Positions 58,925-64,000 of a DNA stretch of 64,000 nt are shown piece after piece. Each line of letters starts with the position of its first letter. Position 1 is the first letter of the stretch. Below the pieces are notes generated by a model, which was given only the letters and a program-made list of their open reading frames with translations, searched no databases and was not told where the DNA came from. The position numbers and the translations under genes were made by a program. This DNA comes from a virus: positions 32,001 through 96,000 of the IMG/VR virus record IMGVR_UViG_3300009130_001466; one strand, given 5' to 3'.

Positions 58925-59725
58925 ATGAACATCGAAAATACACACCCTGCAAATCAAGAACTCCTTCGCCTTAACGTGTGCGAATCAAAACAGTGCGACT
59001 TCTCTAAGGTTCAAGCTGTCTCTACTCCCGACGCTTCTGATCGTTGGACTCCTATCGCTCACGATGCTTTGGTTGGTCAATTCCGCGAGTCTATCGGCAA
59101 CACTGATCTTGAGATCGTGAATGAGCATCACGCGTTGCACCGCTATGGTCAACGCTACTTTGGCTTGTTCCAAGTCAAGGGCGTAGGTCGCAAGCATGGC
59201 GATGACGTTGGCACTGTTATGTGTCTTCGCAATTCTCACGATAAGGCTTTCCGCGCTGGCATCTCTGCTGGTGATGCGCCTTTCGTTTGCTCCAACTTGA
59301 TCTTCTCTAACGAGATCGTGCTTGGTCGCCGCCATACTACTCACATCATGCGCGACTTACCGCAAATCATTTCACGTGCGATTGGTCAACTTATGGAGTC
59401 TTGGATTACTACGGACAACCGCATTGACTCCTACAAGTCAACCGAGATTGATGATCGTGTGGCTCACGACTTAATCCTGCGCGGCTTTCAAGCTGGCGCG
59501 TGTGGCAAGACGCAAATTGCTGACATCTTCACACAGTGGCACAAGCCCGAACATGAGAACTTTGAGGGTCGCGACCTTTGGAGTCTTCAAAACGCCTTCA
59601 CGAACGTGTGGAGGGGCAACACGCTCAACACGGCGAACCGCTCAAGCTCGCTCTACTCCGTGCTTGACACCTTCGCGGCTCACGCCAAACCAGTTGAGGG
59701 CGAATTAGTTCTCAACGCTTCCTAA
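58925..59725 (+). CDS. DUF932/DUF945-like protein
   Basis: LRNSHDK....FVCSNL, RRHT, LWSLQNAFT. Confidence 0.75.
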   Translation: MNIENTHPANQELLRLNVCESKQCDFSKVQAVSTPDASDRWTPIAHDALVGQFRESIGNTDLEIVNEHHALHRYGQRYFGLFQVKGVGRKHGDDVGTVMCLRNSHDKAFRAGISAGDAPFVCSNLIFSNEIVLGRRHTTHIMRDLPQIISRAIGQLMESWITTDNRIDSYKSTEIDDRVAHDLILRGFQAGACGKTQIADIFTQWHKPEHENFEGRDLWSLQNAFTNVWRGNTLNTANRSSSLYSVLDTFAAHAKPVEGELVLNAS

Positions 59726-59733
59726 CGGCTCTC

Positions 59734-59765
59734 GCCTCACCCTTCGGGGTGGGGCTTTTCTTTTT
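59734..59765 (+). terminator. Intrinsic terminator (UUCG loop)
   Basis: GCCTCACCC-TTCG-GGGTGGGGC plus T-run. Confidence 0.8.
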
Positions 59766-59777
59766 CTGCTTGACATT

Positions 59778-59856
59778 CGTAAGTGCTTGATAATCAACGA
59801 CTTACGCGGCCGCGGCCGCCCCCGCGTCGCAAGTCCTTGGTATTCAACGACTTACG
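59778..59856. repeat. Double-palindrome element copy 9
   Basis: Arm centres 59792/59842. Confidence 0.95.
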
Positions 59857-59981
59857 CAACTTCTTTCACGCGCTGGTCGCTGAGCTTGTCAAGTCTTTTC
59901 TTTAGGTTTTTTTTGAAAAGTTTTTTTAATTTATTTTAAATATCGCTTGACTTGCGCGACAAATTCTCAGATAATGCTTTT

Positions 59982-60689
59982 ATGACTAAACTACTAAACA
60001 ACGGAAACTCGAAAACAATCAAAGGCGAAAAACTTGGATGGACTACTTTTGGTCTACACCTTGCGCCTTTTAACTTGGCTGGCAAAAATGTTTGCGCCCA
60101 TGCTTCGGCTGGATGCGCTGCTGCTTGTCTCAACACTGCTGGACGCGGCGCGATGTCGAATGTGCAAAAATCTCGCATTGCAAAAACACAAAAATTCTTT
60201 GCCGATAAAAATGCTTTCGTATGGCAACTTGCTAAAGAGATTAGCAACGCTGTTAAACTTTCCGCAAAAAAAGACATGAAGCCATGCTTTCGTCTCAATC
60301 TTACAAGCGATCTGCCTTGGGAAAACATAAAAGTTGAATCGCACGGAAAAAAGCTTTCGCTTATGGAGATGTATCCCGATGTGCAGTTTTACGATTATAC
60401 CAAGTCTTTTCCGCGTATGCAAAAATATCTAAAAGGTGAAATGCCAAGCAACTATCATCTTACCTTTTCGCGTAGTGAATGTAATGACAACTTAGTTGAC
60501 TTGGTTCTCAAGCTTGGCGGAAATGTCGCGGCAGTCTTTCGCAATGAGTTTCCTAAGTCTTGGAAGTCTGTGGAAGTTGTCAACGGTGACGAAACAGACT
60601 TGCGTTTTTTAGATGCGCAAAATAAAATTGTTGGACTTGTGCAAAAAGGACTTGCCAAGAAGGACGAAACAGGCTTTGTTATAGGCTAG
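59982..60689 (+). CDS. Phage Gp88-like protein (radical-SAM-like Cys motif)
   Basis: VCAHASAGCAAACL, FRLNLTSD, QFYDYTK, NYHLTFS, GDETDLRFLD. Confidence 0.75.
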   Translation: MTKLLNNGNSKTIKGEKLGWTTFGLHLAPFNLAGKNVCAHASAGCAAACLNTAGRGAMSNVQKSRIAKTQKFFADKNAFVWQLAKEISNAVKLSAKKDMKPCFRLNLTSDLPWENIKVESHGKKLSLMEMYPDVQFYDYTKSFPRMQKYLKGEMPSNYHLTFSRSECNDNLVDLVLKLGGNVAAVFRNEFPKSWKSVEVVNGDETDLRFLDAQNKIVGLVQKGLAKKDETGFVIG

Positions 60690-60741
60690 TAAATGATAAT
60701 AATTCTAACCCTCTTAATCTTCTTAATGATAACACTCAACC

Positions 60742-60948
60742 ATGAATCCTACTGAACGATATAATCTAATCAAAAAAATCTGTGAAAGCAAAAATCAAAT
60801 CAACTCGCACGGGCAACTGCCCACGACCGAAACCGACTTGCAAGACGAATTCTTACGCTTCCAAACTAGCGTCGAACCTCTTGCAACTAAACAAGACTCA
60901 AGGCTATGGCAAAAAAGTTTCTTCCAAAACTTAGTCTTCGGCAGTTAG
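60742..60948 (+). CDS. Small hypothetical protein
   Basis: 68-aa ORF. Confidence 0.5.
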   Translation: MNPTERYNLIKKICESKNQINSHGQLPTTETDLQDEFLRFQTSVEPLATKQDSRLWQKSFFQNLVFGS

Positions 60949-61050
60949 AAAAAACCGTTAGGAAAGGGTTAGGCTTAATGCCTTCCCGCCCCTTTCGCGA
61001 CCGCTCGAAATACAACCGCAAAAACAAACACAAAAAAACGTTAGACTAAA

Positions 61051-61227
61051 ATGAACTACAGTAAAAAATTCGGCTTCTATAATCCTAAAACTAAAATTGC
61101 TCAAGTGTATGACGGCTCCAAGCGCACTCCAACTAATACCGTTGTAAATGGTAAGGTTGGCTTTAGCATACCAAAAATTTTTGTCGGTAAATGCTCGCGA
61201 GCGCAGTTTGATAAACTGATCTCATAA
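61051..61227 (+). CDS. Small basic protein (58 aa)
   Basis: Stop TAA inside first arm of repeat copy 10. Confidence 0.55.
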   Translation: MNYSKKFGFYNPKTKIAQVYDGSKRTPTNTVVNGKVGFSIPKIFVGKCSRAQFDKLIS

Positions 61228-61345
61228 GCGCTTGAGCTTCAACGACTTAGGGATCGGCTAGAATTCCCTAAGTCGCTGGTAGTCAACGACTTACGCGGCG
61301 GGGGCCGCCCCCGCGTCGTAAGTGCTTGATATAGAACGACTTACG
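61225..61345. repeat. Triple-arm element copy 10
   Basis: Arm centres 61237/61281/61331. Confidence 0.93.
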
Positions 61346-61425
61346 CAACTTGCTCGCAGGAGACAGAGCGGGCTTTTTTTAAAAATAATAGTTGACAGAA
61401 CCATTTTTTTCGTTAGACTGTAGTC

Positions 61426-61620
61426 ATGATAATCAAAAAAGATGACCTCCTCCGCCCCACTCGCAACCACGCTCGCACCGTCAAGGTAATGTTTACCTAC
61501 TCTTGTGGGAAACTCGCCATGATCTACTGCCCTACTGTTGGGCGTGGCGATGTCAGGCACATCGACCTCTACGAAGGTTGGGCTATCGAGCGTGACGGGA
61601 ATCACGTCGGGACTGTGTAA
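61426..61620 (+). CDS. Small hypothetical protein
   Basis: TTGACA-16-TAGACT, ATG 6 nt later; stop inside repeat copy 11. Confidence 0.6.
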   Translation: MIIKKDDLLRPTRNHARTVKVMFTYSCGKLAMIYCPTVGRGDVRHIDLYEGWAIERDGNHVGTV

Positions 61621-61693
61621 GTCCTTGCTAGCCAACGACTTGTGGGGCGGGGGCCGCCCGCGACGCGCAACTCCTTGATATACAACAACTTAC
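61617..61693. repeat. Double-palindrome element copy 11
   Basis: Arm centres 61630/61680. Confidence 0.93.
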
Positions 61694-61837
61694 AAAACTT
61701 CAGTCTCAATATAGTCTCATTTAATTTTTTTGGTTTGGTATATTATTAAGTCTTTATTTGGTTTGGTATAGATTCCCACTCATATTTGGTATAATACAAA
61801 TTGTCAAGCTTATTTGGTTACTATATAATTCGGCACG

Positions 61838-61870
61838 AAAAAGCCGCCACTCCCGAAGGAATGACGGCTC
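61838..61870 (-). terminator. Terminator after RuvB-like gene
   Basis: AGCCGTCATTCC-TTCG-GGAGTGGCGGCT plus T-run on minus strand. Confidence 0.75.
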
Positions 61871-61893
61871 AACACACAACACGCTATGAAATA

Positions 61894-62826
61894 CTACATA
61901 TCTTTTAATATGTTTACACCTTTGCCGCTTATCTCACGCTGACCATTGATCTTCATTAGACCACGCTTGAGAAGATAGAGTTCTGCTTCTTTCTGGATTG
62001 CTGTGCGACTCATACCTGTAACGGCTGAGAGCATCTGAAGTGAGCAGTTGCCACGCTCCTTGAGGATGCTGAGAATCTCAAGCTCAATGTTGGACAACCC
62101 AAGAGGCTTGATACCCAAGGTGTGAGACATCTTCTCCCAATCCTTTTTGGAATAGTCCTTGTTATTCACAGACTCGCAGTAGAGCATGATCTCTTTGGAA
62201 CGCTTGACTGCTGAACGAGCGTTGCCCCTTGTAGTCTCAGCAATCTCTGTGAGAATCCCATCCTCAAACTCAATCTCGCCACAAACCAAATCAATAATTT
62301 CAGATAGCTCGTCAACTGTATAAGGCTTGAAGTCTACGATAGTGAGGCGATCCTTGAAGGGAGCAAACAACTTATCCATCTCAGTAGTAGCGAAGATGAA
62401 ATTTTGTTGGGCAAAATCAAAAGCAAAAATCTGTTCGCCATGATGATACTCTTTGAAGTTGCTCTTCTCTGTGTTGAATACAGTAAGGAAGGCGTTAACC
62501 AAATCCTTGGGAAGCATGTGCGCCTCGTCCAATAGGATGGTAATCTCGTTGTGCATCACAATGGGCAAGAAGATTTGCTCAAAGAAAGCATTAGCATTTT
62601 TAATAGTGGAGCAGTTGATCTCAAGGAATGGACGTTGACTGCCATCCTTGTTCTTGAGATTGGAAGCATACTCCTTAGCGAACTCAGTCTTACCCAAGCC
62701 CTTTGCCCCACTCAACATAAGAAATGGTGCGACTCCAGTAGAATTTTGTGCTTTAGCGTAAAAGGAAAGCTGACGCTTTACCTCGTCTTGACCGATTAGG
62801 TTTTTGAACATAGTTTTAGTAATCAT
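61894..62826 (-). CDS. ruvB: RuvB-like AAA+ ATPase
   Basis: IGQDEVK, GAKGLGKT, LLDEAH, ATTE, F.DRL, RGNAR, C-terminal winged helix (E.YLL..GL). Confidence 0.8.
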   Translation of the reverse strand: MITKTMFKNLIGQDEVKRQLSFYAKAQNSTGVAPFLMLSGAKGLGKTEFAKEYASNLKNKDGSQRPFLEINCSTIKNANAFFEQIFLPIVMHNEITILLDEAHMLPKDLVNAFLTVFNTEKSNFKEYHHGEQIFAFDFAQQNFIFATTEMDKLFAPFKDRLTIVDFKPYTVDELSEIIDLVCGEIEFEDGILTEIAETTRGNARSAVKRSKEIMLYCESVNNKDYSKKDWEKMSHTLGIKPLGLSNIELEILSILKERGNCSLQMLSAVTGMSRTAIQKEAELYLLKRGLMKINGQREISGKGVNILKDM

Positions 62827-62914
62827 AGGACTTTCAGTATGTGGATTTTTGTGGTTGTGTCAATCCTTTTGTGCAAAGTTTTTTAAAATTAGTTTCTCTG
62901 TGTTTCCCATGATA

Positions 62915-63169
62915 TTACTTATGTAGAGTGAATGAGATTTTTTGTTCGGCTTCTGGCTCTGGGGCTACTGTTGATACAGGAGCAGGTACAGTGTCCTCAA
63001 TTGATGCACCCATACGCTCAAGCCACACACGACTTACTGGAATACCTGTTGCTGAACCGCAAAACTTTTCTAGTTCGGTTAAGGTGATGTTGACGAAGGA
63101 AGTTGCACCCTTCTTGCGACCACTACCTGTCTTACGAGGAGTGCCATCTTTGTTTAATGTTTTTTTCAT
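62915..63169 (-). CDS. Small basic protein with AT-hook-like N-terminus
   Basis: GTPRKTGSGRKKG; TTGACA-16-CATACT promoter. Confidence 0.6.
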   Translation of the reverse strand: MKKTLNKDGTPRKTGSGRKKGATSFVNITLTELEKFCGSATGIPVSRVWLERMGASIEDTVPAPVSTVAPEPEAEQKISFTLHK

Positions 63170-63348
63170 GATGTAAACCAGTATGTCTTAATATTCCAAT
63201 ATGTCAAACATAATTTAAATAAATTTAAAAAAACTTAGGCAGGAATCATATTGGGATCGGGACACTATTCTAGAACTAGCTGATTCGTCTGTCGTTTAAT
63301 TTGTGCCGACCGAGCGACGCACAAAACCTAAGCTAAATTTTTGTTTGA

Positions 63349-63510
63349 TTACTTTTGCTGAAGAAATGGTTGCATGGCTCTAGCTTGCTCAATCATAGCC
63401 TCACCAAATTTTTCGTGCGATTCTGGGTCTTGCTCATTCAGTTCTTGCAACGCTCCCAGTAATCGAAAGGTTTTTTCTGTTAGGTTGTCGATGGGTGTTT
63501 TAGTTTCCAT
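63349..63510 (-). CDS. Small hypothetical protein (53 aa)
   Basis: TAATG-coupled to upstream gene. Confidence 0.55.
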   Translation of the reverse strand: METKTPIDNLTEKTFRLLGALQELNEQDPESHEKFGEAMIEQARAMQPFLQQK

Positions 63511-63758
63511 TATGTAAATTTATCGTGATGATGTTTTTTTAGTATATCTATTAAGATGTTTATTTTTTTGTTTTGTATTTTTATTTGCTCCTCCACAGAC
63601 TCAGTTAATCGTTCTTGTTTTTCTATGCGGTTTTCCAACTCTATAATATCAGAACCTAAGCAATAAAATGATGCGATTAAAAGACCTGCCAATATTCCCA
63701 CAACTATAATCGAAAAAGTTTTTGGCTTTGGTTTGTGGGGGTCAATATTTGGCTTCAT
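63510..63758 (-). CDS. TM + coiled-coil protein
   Basis: Hydrophobic helix then heptads. Confidence 0.6.
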   Translation of the reverse strand: MKPNIDPHKPKPKTFSIIVVGILAGLLIASFYCLGSDIIELENRIEKQERLTESVEEQIKIQNKKINILIDILKKHHHDKFT

Positions 63759-63760
63759 AA

Positions 63761-63976
63761 TTATTTGGCGACAGATTCTATATTGATACCATTATTCATG
63801 AGGTCTTGTTCAGTTGTAATGTCATGCCCCTCATCTTTAAATAATTTAAAAATATCTTCCATGCTTTCAAATTCGGCGGGTTCATTGTTATTCTCTACAT
63901 CCAGTAGATACTCTTTCCCATCTGGGAATTTGTCTCTCTGGCTTCCTTGTATATTTCTAAAGATTCTGAGTTTCAT
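63761..63976 (-). CDS. Small hypothetical protein
   Basis: 71-aa ORF with AGGAGG upstream. Confidence 0.6.
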   Translation of the reverse strand: MKLRIFRNIQGSQRDKFPDGKEYLLDVENNNEPAEFESMEDIFKLFKDEGHDITTEQDLMNNGINIESVAK

Positions 63977-64000
63977 TGTTTACTTTGCCTCCTTGCTAAA

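Noticed and set aside
53082-61693. CRISPR array interpretation of the repeats
   Set aside because: Linkers are similar to each other rather than unique spacers, doublets are separated by genes, and no cas genes are visible.
53082-61693. Simple intrinsic terminators or integron attC sites
   Set aside because: No U-tract; a real terminator (59734) directly precedes copy 9; no GTTRRRY/RYYYAAC cores and no integrase in the window.

Overview
64 kb of a large, AT-rich dsDNA tailed-phage genome (long non-contractile tail type); a DUF4032-like gene hints at a Verrucomicrobiota host. It has four parts. (1) 1-49.5 kb: virion and packaging genes (terminase, portal, protease/scaffold, capsid, tail tube plus paralogs, 1806-aa tape measure, several fibres) mixed with NrdAB, dNMP kinase, SSB, glycosyltransferase, Hsp20, PhoH, an ERCC4-type nuclease and two sigma-like proteins. 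Many of these genes have an AGTGTAA motif about 8 nt before ATG (putative phage late promoter). (2) 49.7-51.9 kb: 9 tRNAs, interrupted by a ~200-nt tRNA-like RNA, a ~580-nt apparently structured non-coding RNA and an endonuclease-like gene. (3) 52.2-61.7 kb: small early-type genes behind sigma70-like, near-leaderless promoters, separated by 11 copies of an unexplained element: imperfect ~27-bp palindromes (GTAAGTnnTTGA-nnn-TCAACGACTTAC), usually two in tandem exactly 50 bp centre-to-centre around a GC-rich linker. The element often contains the upstream gene's stop codon, so the region looks like a cassette array; a second boxA-led non-coding RNA unit lies inside it. (4) 61.9-64 kb: convergent genes including a RuvB-like ATPase. 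The cassette/palindrome array and the non-coding RNAs are the best candidates for novelty. Product names come from motif recognition only; no searches were run.
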